Part shown: piece by piece, positions 12,795 to 25,000 of the stretch
Layout of the letters: the number at the start of each line of letters is the position of its first letter
How positions within the stretch are numbered: position 1 is the first letter of the stretch
Source: Camelus ferus
Lineage: Eukaryota
Length of the DNA stretch: 64,000 bases
Assembly: GCF_009834535.1 (NCBI RefSeq)
Contig: NC_045697.1
Coordinates: forward strand, 108,998,001 to 109,062,000
Direction of reading: 5' to 3'
Notes under the pieces: generated by a model
What the model was told of the DNA's origin: nothing
What the model saw: the letters and a program-made list of their open reading frames with translations, nothing else
Databases searched by the model: none
Made by a program: the position numbers and the translations under genes

Positions 12795-14559
12795 TGTGTT
12801 TGTAAGTTTTTATTGTTTTTCTTTTAAAATCTCCCTCATGAGTTATACAAGCAAATTCTGGACCCCTCCAGGTTGAAGTCGGAAGGCAGTCCCCATGGGA
12901 TAATGGGAAAGAAAGAGTTGGAAAGATTCAATCACTGTCCTCAAAGGAAGAAGGGCCAGCAGAGGATACCGGAGAGGCAGAGAGAGGCCGATGGGCCAGG
13001 ATGCTGTGGAAAGATCAAAGGGCCCAGGGGCTGAGGATGGGTCACTGGACTTGACCCTTCAAAAAAGTAACTGGTTTGAGAGTGCACACTCACTACCCGA
13101 TGGGGAGGCCCAGGTTGGAGGGGGGCTGGAAGAGCAGGAAGTGTGCAGGGGGTATCGACTCCTCATCTGGCCAGGGTGACAGAAAATGCGAGGGCGCCAT
13201 TAGCTCCTCACTTTCCATGTTCTTTGATCTGACCTTTGCCTGCACGGTCACTATTCCTTTGGGGTCAATGTCAACTTCCTGAGCAGAGGGCCTTCTCTTT
13301 TATTACCCTTCCCACTTTGTGAGATTTTCTGTGGTCTAACTTGGATCTACTTCCTTCATGTTTTGTTTTAAGGCTGGTTCACGGCTAAGAAATGGGCTAC
13401 TGATGGGCACGATTTTGTTTTTTGTTTTTTCATTTGTTTGCGGTTTTACCCTAATCGCTTCTCTTTCTTCTATCCCTGTGGAGATTGGGAATTCTAACCT
13501 GGGAGTTCAGGGGCTGAGGACCAGGGTGGGGAAAGGGGAAGTCATCAGGCACCAGAAGCTGGCAAAGCCCTGGTCTGTTATCTGGGATCACAGAGCCAAA
13601 GGTAGCTATGACTTCATCCCCGCAGAGGGCGCCTCCCCACCCCTGCAGCTGACTTCCCACCAGCCGGTTTGCCTGGGATAGGTTTTCTTTGATTACTCGT
13701 TTCTCACTGCCTAGCGTCGCAAGTCACTTTGAAAAAAAAGATGCGATTAAACCATCCCCCCGTTTCCTCCTTTGAGGAGCTTTTCCCAGACAGCGTCTGT
13801 TCAAGCGATCAGGCCTGGAGTGGACTTTTTCTTCTCTTCTTTTCTCTTCTTTTCTCTCTCTCTTCTCTCTCTCTCTTTTGCTTAAATATAACTGAAAGGC
13901 TTCTGTTACCATCATCACTGAATCACTGAGGAAATTAAAAAGGAAAAAAAAAAACAAACAGATTTACATTTGGCAGGTACCAGGGAGGAGCTGACCTTTG
14001 GGAAGCTCAAGTCCGACTGGGAGTCGGCCACGCGGTTGGGGAGGTGGGGGCAGAGGGTGGCCCGGCCCGCGTTTGTGTATGCGCACTCGGGGTTTGAGCG
14101 TGCATGAATGTGCGTGTGCGCACATGTATGTGCGCGCGCGTGTGCGCAGGGGAGGGTGTCCGGGAGGCTGCCGCAGAGGCTCCTTTGTGGAAGGTACTTG
14201 CCGGTGAAGAGCCAGCTTGGCGCCTTCCCTTGCAGGTTCCACGAGGACACCTGGCCTTACTTCGCGGTCCGTATATCTCTGTCCCCTGCCTCCCCTACTT
14301 TCCTCAGTGGCGGGCCGTCCCGCCCCGCGCCAGGCTTCGGATACCGTCAGCCGCTTGCCGGGTGGCGGCTTCCAGGCCCCCGGGGCCCCACGCAGGTGGA
14401 GGTGAGAGCCGCAGCGCCGACGTTGGTGCTCGAGGGTGGGAGGGAGGAAGGGCTGAGCAGAAAAGCGCGTGCTGCCCTTTGCAGCTGGCACTAGGAGCAG
14501 CCCCGTCTGCAGCATTGTTACCTGAAGCAGCGGCTGCGCCCCGCCCCGCGCCGCCCTGC

Positions 14560-14671
14560 CCCCTTGTGGTCCCGGGCAGCCCAGGCTGCAGTGACCCGGG
14601 AGGAGGTGGCGGCGCTGGGAGACTGCGGGCGGCGGGCAGAGAGGAGCGCGCACGGGGAGCGCCGGCTGCGG
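14560..14671 (+). other. FHDC1: Candidate non-coding first exon 1a of FHDC1 (start approximate)
   Basis: Strong donor CGG|GTGAGT at 14672, just downstream of GC boxes in the CpG island. TSS cannot be determined from sequence. Confidence 0.55.
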
Positions 14672-15699
14672 GTGAGTGTGAGCCGCGCGGCCCAGGCAGG
14701 GTCATCGCCGCTCAGGGGCACCGTGAAACCGAGACGCCTCGGCTCTAGAGGGCCGGGGGCGAGGATCTGCCAGGACCTGGGCTGCGACGCTCAGTCTCGG
14801 CTGCCTTTCAGCCTCACTGGGAAGGCTGGGGAGGGTTGGGCTCCTCCAACTTTGGCGGCTGCACTCCCCGGGCCGCAGAGGACAGTGATCGGTCTCTTGA
14901 GGCGAAGACGCGCGGATCTGGACGGAGAACGAGCTAGGTCGCGGGCCGCCTCCGTGTTAAACCCGGGCCGGCTGATTTAGCTTTGGCTGCCAGGACTTTT
15001 GGATAAACTGAGCCTCTACTTGATCCCCGCCCGTCCAAGAACGCGCTACTGGGGGTGCCGCGCCGGGTCCCTGGCCAGCAGGGAGCCACGACTTGCCCCT
15101 CCTGGCAGTGGGTGCGGGGCTGGCCAGGACCGCGTCCGGGTGATGCAGACCGAGGACAAGGTGGCTCTCGCTCGGGCACGCTCGCTCTGGCTATGCGAAG
15201 TTCAGGTTAGAAGTTGAGCCCTGCGCTTGTGGAAGTTTAGGGAAGGAAGCATGTAGGCTGGCGGGTCACCTCCAGCCGCTGCGGTGCCCCAGCTCGGGGA
15301 CAGCGAGCTCTCGGTTTAATCCTACGACCAAACAGCAGGAGTCTCCCCTCTGTGTTCTCGCTGGCTCTTCCCTTTGGCTGATCCGCACTGCGGCCGTGAG
15401 GCTGTCTCCCCCGCGCCCTGGACCCCGACCCCGAACCTTGGGAGGTGTCGCCGCGGAGGTTCGAGGAGGAGGAGGAACGCGCAAACCAGGAGACCCCACT
15501 TTTGCTTCAAGCACAGTGGCACCTTCCCTAGTGAATCCCCCACTCCGCTTGGGGGAGCCTGGTAAGGCCCCACCCCACCCCCCACGGAGGGGGCGGGCCC
15601 CGGGGATCGGCGAGTGAGGAGGCGGGGCTCTAAGGCGGGGGCCCTCGGGGCGAGGGGCGGGGCCAGCGACCTCCGCGGGGGCCGGGGTGGGGCGAGCTG

Positions 15700-16058
15700 G
15701 TGCGGCGGACTCGCCAGTCGCTTCTGCTCGAAGACGCGCGCACGCTCGGCGCTCCCGGGAGGCGGAGGGTCCGACGGTGCGCCGCCGTGGGCCAGCGTGT
15801 CCCCGCGAGGCGGGCTGCGGCCTCTCCCCCGTGCTCGCCCCGGCCCCACCGCAGAGCCTGCGCTGTGCGTGTGGGCGTCTACCTGGGCCGCGCACCGCGG
15901 CCGCCGTCCAGATAAGGACGTGCTAAGGCTGGCACGGGCCGCGGGGACCGCCCACTCGCGTCCCTCTGCTGCCACCGCATGCGGACCGAGGCTCCCCGGG
16001 GATTCGGCGGGCGCGGTGCCCTCAGAACCTTTTGTGCGGCCGAGCCGGTGGCGCTTTG
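15700..16058 (+). other. FHDC1: Candidate non-coding first exon 1b of FHDC1 (start approximate)
   Basis: Strong donor TTG|GTAAGT at 16059, downstream of the GC-box cluster at 15590-15695. Confidence 0.5.
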
Positions 16059-18704
16059 GTAAGTGGCGGTGCGGAACGGGGACCAGGGGTTGGGGGCAGG
16101 AGGACGCAGTGGCCCGCTCGCCAGTGCAGAGCCTTAGGAGACTGCTGGGCGTCCAGACTTTGTGAAAGAGATCATGATCCTGGCGTCCCCCACGCCGAAT
16201 TTCTTAAGGACCTAGGAGTCCGTTTTCAAACGTCTGTTAGCACAGAGACCGCCCCTAGTGTTCCGCCGTCTGTGACCCCCTCCACGGACCCACTGTTGTC
16301 TTCCTGGAATGAGAAGCGAGCGCTTCCTTCCCTCTCTCTAGAGCATCCTTTGGCGCTCGTTTGCACCCCCCCCCCCGGGTTTGGGGATACTGAAAGAAAC
16401 TGAAAATGCACATTCAGAAACGGGCGTTCTTCCTCTGCTCACAGGGAGTTGCGCTCGCTCAGGGGCATCTGTGAACTGTTTATGTTGTGCTGCAGATTAA
16501 ACGCGCTGACTGGAAACAGGCTTGGGTTCTTTCACTGCCGGCAGGAGTGCCATGGTGAGGAGTTGGATGTTGTCAGCTCTAGTGCGACTGTGCGGTTGAC
16601 ATTCTGTGTTTGAAAATCAGGAAAGGTTTTGAAAATAGGCGGTGGGGGGGAGGAGCCTGTTCCCAGTGAGTTGGTGGAGAGCAGAAATTCCGTATTTTCG
16701 AATCGCCTGTCTTTTCTTTCCCCACCTTCCCTTCTCCCTCAAATAAAATAAGGCCGTGTGATCCTCCTGTCTCTTCTCTCCACACCCGGCTTGCTCTGCC
16801 CCCGTTTGTCAGCAAAAGGGTGTGGGCCAGCCGTTCCTGCTCCCACCTCATCGGTGACACACGTCAGGAATCAAGGGGAAAGGTTTTTCTGGCAGGTTTT
16901 CCTTGGCGTTTACTTTTGATTATTGTTGACCTAGGGGGTGGGTGACCAGCTGAGCAACAAGGCCCCACTAACCTTCTTTCAGGAAAGCTCTCAGCTCTGA
17001 ATAGCCTTTCAGGAATGTGTTTTCCTCCTAAATACACCGTGAAATGAAGCATGCAGTCTCTTTTCTTCCTTCCCACCCACTCCCTTCAAGAGAATGGAGC
17101 TTCAGCAATGTTTCTGACACTAAGAGCAGAGTAATGCTGGCTAATTTAGACAGGAGAGTTTAGGAGGGGCCAGAGGGCTTCTTTGACAACCCTTATAAAC
17201 ATTCTCACTCTAAGATTTTTGCTGGCTGATCAGCTAAACGCTGGGGACGTGGTCACAGCATCTCCTTATTAAAAGTTGTTCACGTAGTTGCCAGATGCTC
17301 AGCTGAGCTACAGCCTTCCCCGCCCCCAGGAAGGTCCTTCACTGAGACTCATATCTGATGGGTTATGATTAGCACCTAGAGGACTTGAAGAGGAAGTTCC
17401 CATCTTCGACGACTTGTGGCAGCTCTACAATTTACTCCAAGGCCAGGCATTTGTCAACCTTAGCACCCATCCTCCTTGCCGCTGAGGTCCCCAACCTGTA
17501 GGTGAGATGTTAAATACTAGCCTGTCTCCTTTTGCCCTGGGGAGATTGATGGGACCCTTGACATTTTGCAGATAGAGCCTAAGGCTAATTCCATTGTCCT
17601 TGCCGGCAGCTGCCCACGCGCGGTGAGAAACAGCCATCTCTAGGGTTGCTGCATCACCTGTGTTCTCCCAGCAGACTCGGGGAGTTTGCATCTTTATTGT
17701 GGACAATACCATAGTAAATCAAATGCTCTTTGTGTATCCCCTGTTTTAATATCTCGTGAGACTGGAAAGGGTTTAGAAGGTCTGTCTGCACTCTCTTTTT
17801 CTTGCCATCTCTTTGACATTGGAAATCCTGGCCCAAGGGGGAAGCCCTGTCAAAGCCCTATTGAGGCTTGTAGTAAAATCATTAGCATCTTAGCTAATCA
17901 TTGCTGGAGAACTTATTCATTAGAATCTGTGGGGGGCCTAGGATTCTTGTATGTTGCCCTGGGAAAAAAAATTAGCCAGACAACATACCAGGAACAATGT
18001 TGTAAATTTTCTTTTGTTCCTTTAACTTTCTAAAATAACATTCTTTCTCAAGATGGGGCAGTGGTTAGAATCCTACGGATGCACAGCTAACGCGTGTTAC
18101 TGTTTCCTTTGACAAGCTTTAATCTGGTACTTCCTCTGTGAAACAAACTATACTCAAAAGGACTTATTTGCTTTGGGGCTCTGGTGTTAGAAGGTGGTGG
18201 TGTTGCAGGACCTCCAAGGGGATAGACTTTCTCACTCTTTGTTAGCGTCTCTACATTTGTTATGTGAGAGTTAACGGCCCAGCTGTGTCATTAAACTTAC
18301 ACAGCACTGAATGAGTTATTGCCTTCTAAAATGGAGACTTTTTTAGCTTATCACCATTCTTAACAGGGATAATCTATAAACAAGTCAGCATATCTGGAAT
18401 TGGAGGTGAATTGGAGGATTAGCAATTCTTCTATACATGAGATGTTTTATGTACAGAAATATTTTAAAATATGTAAGGATAAACTGCCAAGACTACCTGT
18501 ACAGTCTTGAGAAAAGAAGAGTTCAAATATAACTATAAACTGTAATTGACAGTGAGTCATTTGCTTTAGGGGTGCCAACTATGAAAACAGCCTAGTTATG
18601 CTCCTAATGATAATTATGAAAACTCCTTTTAAAAGCTGGTTGCATCTAAAGTGAGCTGTAAGTTGGCTTGAGTAAATATTTTCAGTTTTACTTTCTAAAA
18701 TACT

Positions 18705-18792
18705 ATCCCATGGTGATAACAGCACAACACGGTGAATGTACTTAATGCCACTGATGTACACATAAAAATGGTTAAAATGGTAAAAATAAAAC
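18705..18792 (+). mobile_element. L1MB-like extreme 3' end fragment
   Basis: gtgaatgtacttaatgccactga...aaaatggttaaaatggtaaa matches the recalled L1MB terminus. Confidence 0.7.
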
Positions 18793-20752
18793 AAGTTATC
18801 CAGTTAACAGTAATCATAATACTAGGTATCCAGTTGATTGGAAATGCTGTTTTCTCCCTATATATAATTTTCAGAACTTAAGTATTTATGTTTCATGAAA
18901 ACTTTTGTTCTTGTAATATAGAGATAATTTAATATACAATGTTAAATATTGAAATAGGACAAAACTCACAAACCTGGTGACTTAGAAAGCAGAGAGTGGA
19001 AATATTAAAGGTGTGTTTCTAGTAGCCAGGGGGACTTAGCGTTTTCTCTATAAACCCAATACATATTTTAAAGCAAATGTAGTGTCTGTGAAAATAAAGA
19101 GAAATCATTTGCACATATGATACCAGTTGTTAATGATGGCTAACCACACACCAGGTGTCTTGGTAAGGGCTGTATGTGTACCAGCTCATTTATTCTTATA
19201 CAAACCGATGAGATGGTATGTCCTTATATTATAGATGCAGATGCTGAGATGAAGGTTAAAAAGCCTACCTCCCCTCAGGTTGCACATCTAGAGAAGTAGC
19301 AGAACAGATCTGAGGAAAAGCAGCCTCTTTTTTGGAGTCTCTACTCTCATTCCCAAGGCAATTAGTGATATCAGACCATTTACTCCTGTAGAATCCTGTA
19401 CTGCTTGATGAATGTAAGTGTGAGCTTTGAACAATAACGCTGTAAAGGGATAATTACCCTCAGAAATCCAGTCTAAAAAACCCCTCCCTGTGACCCTTAA
19501 TGACCTGGAGGACAAGTCCCCACAGAGTCGGGGTGCTCACTCCACAGCCTGCATGGGTCCTGTCTTCTCTGTCCCTACTTACCTGCCCTCAGATCAGATC
19601 TGAAGAAATGCAGTTGTTTTGCCCCTGTTTTCACATCAGGTCCGCAGGAACCCAACTACCAAAACCAAACATTTAAAAGTGAATAAAAACACAAGCCACC
19701 AGGATAAGTCAGCGACTGAGTGGGTGAGGGCAGACGTGTGGCAGGGTGATTCGGGCAGCATACCCTCGTGTACCTGTGCCTTCTCCACTAGTAGTGCCAC
19801 CGAAGAAGCAGAAGAGGCAGTGAGAAGTTCTGATGGTCTCCAGAGAGTGACTTAACTAGAAATCCAAAATGATCGTGTTGGAAGCCATGGTGGAGGTCAG
19901 TCCCAACCTCCTAATTTTACAAATGAGAAAGCCGGTCTAGTGAGGTGAAGGGACTTCTCTAAAACCGTGAGCAGTAAAGCTTGATTTAGAGTCGTAACCT
20001 TCTGCCTTCATGCCTGCTGTTCTCTTCTCTGTTTGCCGGGAAGTGGCGCGGCATCCTCAAGTGTGGGGGGACCCCAGGTGGCCCTGACCCCAGTAGAGTG
20101 GGTTTGGCCATGACTTTATCGTCCCCAAATGCCCTGCCTATTATGTGCAAGGTGGAGGATGCCCTTTGACCCACTGATTTGTAGGGGACATGTCCGAACT
20201 GGAGAAAGGCAGAGTCACTAACGCCTTAGCCATTTGGGTAATTTCCCTAGGGGTTGGTGGCAGGGGGCGGTCCACTGCCCAGAGAAAATGAGCCAGTTAG
20301 TGAACAAGTAGCTTATTCATTAAGTGAGCAATACTTGCTGAACCTATTGCAGGTTCTCAATAAATATGTGTTTTATTGATGAATGGAAGGTTTCCAAGTT
20401 GAATTTATTGCTGCTGCTCTGGCAGCATTTCCAGGTAGTAAAATCTGGTTCACATTTAGAGTATTATCAGTCCCTTTGAAAGCTCTCTTGGATGTGTGGC
20501 CCCTCATTGAGTTTAAGCTCCAGCTGCTCTGGGGGGACTGGCACTGGCCTTGGAAGGGAAGAGCTAGGATTGCAATGTTTTCCTGCACTGTTTTTAAAGC
20601 TGTTTTCTCTTTGTAGGTTTTGAAGATGACACACCACCCAGTTGCTTTTCCTCTGGCGGCAGACTAGCGGGTGGCAGAGTATGCCACAAGTTTGATGTTT
20701 GTGTCTGCTTCCCCAAGGTCGAGAAATTATCTCCTTAGAAGGCAACAGTACT

Positions 20753-21241
20753 ATGCATGTTATGAATTGTGTCTCCTTGGTCGGTGATAAAGAAAATGGG
20801 ACTCTTGCCCCGGCAGCTGGATTCATGATCGGGCAAACACCACCACCACCCCCTCCACCTCCACCCCCTCCGCCTCCACCATGTCCGTTCTTGGGGGAAG
20901 GGTTTCCTCCCTCTCCTCCTCCTCCCCCTCCCCCTCCACTGCCTGGGGGGCCTCCGGTCCCCCCTCCCCCCCCAGGACTACCCCCCACTAATCACCTGAA
21001 TGGCTTCAGCCACCTTGGTAAGAAAAAACGGATGAGAAGCTTTTTTTGGAAAACCATCCCAGAGGAACAAGTTCGTGGCAAAACCAACATCTGGACCCTG
21101 GCAGCCAGGCAGCAGCATCACTACCAAATCGATACAAAGACCATCGAGGAGTTATTTGGGCAGCAAGAAGATACCACCAAGTCTCCCCTTTCTAAGAGAG
21201 GCGGGACTTCAAATGCATCCTTCAGGGAGGCGAGAGAAGAG
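20753..21241 (+). CDS. FHDC1: FHDC1 coding exon 1 (exon starts at 20617): FH1 polyproline and FH2 lasso
   Basis: Acceptor ttctctttgtag|20617. ATG at 20753 gives MHVMNCVSLV, then Pro tracts and KKKRMRSFFWKTIPEEQVRGKTNIW. Donor GAG|GTAAGA. 489 nt, phase 0. Confidence 0.96.
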
Positions 21242-23069
21242 GTAAGAATGGACTGCAGAGGGATAACCCTCTGGGGGCTGCATGGTTTTGTGTTTGGGGA
21301 TGTGTCTACGTTTCCAAACCTGCTAGAATCACTAAGAAAGAAGACAGTGCAAGTGAATGTGCTCTGGAAGTGGTAGAAAGGGCTTTCTATGATGAGCTCG
21401 AGCTGAGTAGCCAAAAAGTGTAAGGCTGCATCCTCCCAGACATCCCAGAGGATTATGACCTCATGCGGAGAGCATGCTATCTGGGGGCCTTGCTCTCCGG
21501 CCTCCCAGCACCACCCTGCCTCCAGCACATCTGCTGTTCCCCGTGGCGGAGCAGTTCTGCTGAAGTCCAGCATTATCAGTCTCCACTGAAACAAAAAATT
21601 GGGTTTCTGAACTCCATTATCTGAGATTAACTAGAGCTTCCAGAGACAAAATGTTCTTTATTAAATAACATCATTAAATCATGCACATCCTTAGAATTTT
21701 CTCTTGATTTTTCCCTCCAGTTTTCCTTCCACAAATGTTTGGAGGTGTGGCCTTCATTCCTCAGATCTCTGAATTAAATTTTGGCCTGTGTGGAGCAGAG
21801 GTTTCCAGAGGGCCAAAGCATAAAGCTGTTTTCAGATAGACTTTCTAGGAAGCACATCTCCAATTAACGCTAAATGTGTTACTTTGAAGAAAATATAAAG
21901 CTTGCGAATTGTAAGCAGTTAGATGAAAGTGTGGCCTCAGAGCGACAGGTCACCATACATGATAGAAACTGAGTCAAAAATTGCATTTTTTAAGTACTCT
22001 CTGTTTAGAAACATGCAAGTAAATTAAGAAACCTCTACTTGCTAGAAGAGATCATTGGGAAGCCAGGGGTTAAAAAAAAAGAATTCTGCCCACTTAAAAA
22101 AAAAAATCACTTTTTTAATCTGTTGTAAAGTAGCAGAGAAACTGGGTCAAAGATGGAGCGGTGTAGATAAGAGAGCGGGCAGGGCTCTGGAGTGAAGTAG
22201 CAGCCTTCTGCATTATTGAGTTCTGGAGCTGACAGTATTGACCTCTTTTCCCTGTTTGGCTCAGGAACGTGTTAACATCTCTCTGTGAATTCACCTGGGG
22301 GCCCTTGGACCTGGCGGTGTGGTCCCCTGTTGAAATAGCCAGGAGTCTATTTATGATGAAGAGCAGAGAACCTCAGACTAGAACCAGGCGTAAGGTGTGT
22401 GGTGCTTTGAGAGGCAGTCTTCAGGACATCCTTCGTGCCCTGCTGTGCTGAACAGGGCCTTCCCCGCGCTTTCCTTTATGCAAAGACCTTTTACTTCTTA
22501 GCACATCCTTTCAGTATTGGAAGGAGCCAGAAATCACTTCCTGAGTACCCTGGCCTCTGCCCCAGCTTCCAGCAGAGGCTCCCGGCTGTACAGAAGGCCG
22601 TTTCTCACCATTGTCGCCCAGCTCTGCTTACTGGCCTTCAAGCACTTTGAAGGGAAGAGTGGATGGGCACGTGGAAGCGGAGCACGTATCTTAGGAAAGC
22701 TGCATAACAGACAGAAGGGGGTCTGGCTCCCCCGGCTCCAGGGGGTGCGGGGCGGGGGCAGCTGGCCAGATTAGAGTGGGCAGTGTCCTTTGTCAACTGG
22801 GACATTTATTTTGCCAGTGATAGTTAAAGGGGCTATGTGGAGCTTGCTGCTTTGTGCTCGTGACTTCCAGAGAGGTTAAGAGCCACTCAGGGAGGAAGTG
22901 GCAGGAAGTGTGGCATCTTTTCCCGACAGAAATGTCCATCTCTATGCCAGATCGAAAATTCAGGAAGGAAGAGCCTTTGTCCCCGCCTCCCTCCACCCCT
23001 ATGCCCTAGGCACATCTCTGCTTTTTTCTTTTTTCTTTAACTTAAAAAAAGACCTGAGGTTGAATATTT

Positions 23070-23216
23070 AAAAAATTTTTTTAATGTATTTATTTTTATT
23101 TTGGGGGGAGGAAATTCGGTTTATTTATTCATTTATTTTAATGGAGGCACTGGGTATTGAACCCAGGACCTCTTGCATGCTAAGCACACACTCTACCATT
23201 GAGCTATACCCTCCCC
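23070..23216 (-). mobile_element. tRNA-derived SINE (Vic-1-like)
   Basis: Reverse-complement SINE flanked by ttgaata-containing direct repeats (about 23060 and 23220). Confidence 0.9.
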
Positions 23217-23229
23217 ACCTTGAATAATT

Positions 23230-23900
23230 ATTTTTTTAAATTGTGGTAAAATGTACGTAACACAACATTTACCCTCTTATCCGTTTTTAAGTATCCAGTT
23301 CAGTGCACAAGACCATTCACATTGTTGTACAACCACCATCACCGTCCATCCACAGAAGTCTTTGCATCTTGCAAAACTGAAACTCTGTTCTCATTTTTTT
23401 CTTTTTCTTTTCTTAAAATTTTTAAATGTTTTTTTATTGAGTTATAGTCATTTTACAGTGTTGTGTCAAATTCCAGGGTAGAGCACAATTTTTCAGTTAT
23501 GCATGAACATACACATATTCATTGTTAATGCTTTTTTTTTTTGGTGTGAGCTACCACAAGATCTTGAAACTGTGTTCTCATTAAACAAGCACTCCTCACT
23601 CCTCCCCTCCCTCTGGCCCCAGGCAGCCCCCCCTTCTTTCTACCTCTATGAACCTGACTACTCCAGGGACCTCACACAGTATTTGCCTTTTTGTGACTGG
23701 ACTGTTTCACTTCACATAATATACTCAAGGTTTGTCCGTGTTGTAGCATGTGCCAGAATTTTAAGGCTGAATAATATTCCCTTGAATGTATAGACCACAA
23801 TTCGTTTATCCGGTCAGTCTGTTGATGGACACTTGGGTTGCTTCCACCTTTTGGCTCCTGTGGATACAGCTGCTATGAATGTGAGTGTGCAGATATCTTT
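23230..23900 (-). mobile_element. Old L1 (L1MA/L1MB-like) 3' end, interrupted by a younger insertion
   Basis: ttgtggtaaaat...gatggacacttgggttgcttccaccttttggct are typical antisense L1 3' motifs. Confidence 0.8.
23396..23564 (-). mobile_element. Short 5'-truncated younger L1-type retroposon with 18-bp TSD
   Basis: Poly(T) followed by ttattgagttatagtcattttacagtgttgtgtcaaattcc. TSD tgaaact(c/g)tgttctcatt at 23378-23395 and 23565-23582. Confidence 0.78.
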
Positions 23901-24689
23901 ACTTTTAACACATGTGGGTCCTAATCTGAGAGACAGCATAACTAGGAAGGAAAATTAAACCATCATGACTGTGTAACATAAGATAATCTAGCTCTTCATC
24001 TCTTTAGTACTCAGGTAGGGCAAGTATTATAAGCAGAGAGTTATCCAGAATTAGGTTCCATTTTTCATGCCATCTCCAACAGGGCTAGAAGTATTATATA
24101 TGCTTTTTATCAGTGAAAGAATACAGTCCATGCTGTTTTCTTCCCTTATTAGATTTTCTTCTAAAGAAGTCACAGCCCAGTAGAGTGACAGTCTAACACA
24201 GACTGAAATTTACAAGTGGCTGAATTTAGGAAGAACGACACTTAAAATAGTAAATTAGAACATTTAGTAAGGGGAGAAAAGGTTACAAAATACTACTGTC
24301 CTTGTATCTTTGCTGGCTTAAAGTTAACTTGAAGAGGCTACAGATGTTACAGTAGTAACTAAACTGTAATAAAGTAATTAGAAATAACAAAGAATATTGC
24401 CGGGGATAATAGTAAAGAGTTTGAACTCAACCTCCACCTCCTTTTCTGAGTTCACTGCTCTCAGCTCTGAGGAGTTCCCCACCCATCTGTTACCACTGCC
24501 CCCCCAGCCTGCAGAGCTCGTTGGCTGGGGCTACACTTTACTCCCTATAGAATCTGAGCCGCTCTTTAGGGGAGGACGGTCTTAGCCGTTTGGTGTCCTC
24601 CAAGGAAATTAAAGGTCACTGAGAGGATGGAACTAAACTGAGAGAATGAAGGGACTATCTTACAAGGCATCAACATGATAAATAAAAAT

Positions 24690-25000
24690 TGAAGTCCACA
24701 GTGGAAATACAGTAAGATGAATAAGGTCTGAGGATGGAATGTGAAACATGGTGACTGTAGTTGACAACATTGTATTCTATAATTGAAATTTGCCAAGAGA
24801 GTAGAACTTCACTGTTCTCACCAAAAAAAAAAAAAAAAAAAAGAAAAAAAAAGTTAAATAAGTGAGGTGATGAGCTAGGTGGGGGGAGTCCTTTCACAAT
24901 GTATACATAGATCAGATCACCATGCTGTGACCTTAAATATCTTAATAGTTTCAATTAACTTATAGCCCCATAAAACTAAAATTAAAAAATGAAAAAGAAA
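24690..25000 (+). mobile_element. L1 3' end fragment
   Basis: aacatggtgactgtagttgacaacattgtattctataattgaaatttgccaagagagtaga...ctttcacaatgtatacata followed by an A-rich tail. Confidence 0.75.

Larger units (their letters stand above)
14000..16500. promoter_or_regulatory. CpG island / FHDC1 promoter region
   Basis: Abrupt rise in GC and CpG density relative to the flanks, with several GC boxes (e.g. ggggcgggg near 15654, ccccgcccc near 14540). Lies 4-6 kb upstream of the first coding exon. Confidence 0.92.

Noticed and set aside
13915..16411. Many overlapping 100-230 aa ORFs on both strands
   Set aside because: Expected stop-codon depletion in a CpG island. Arg/Gly/Ala/Pro-rich translations with no family resemblance.
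20467..20988. Gly-rich 173-aa minus-strand ORF
   Set aside because: Reverse complement of the polyproline-coding tract.
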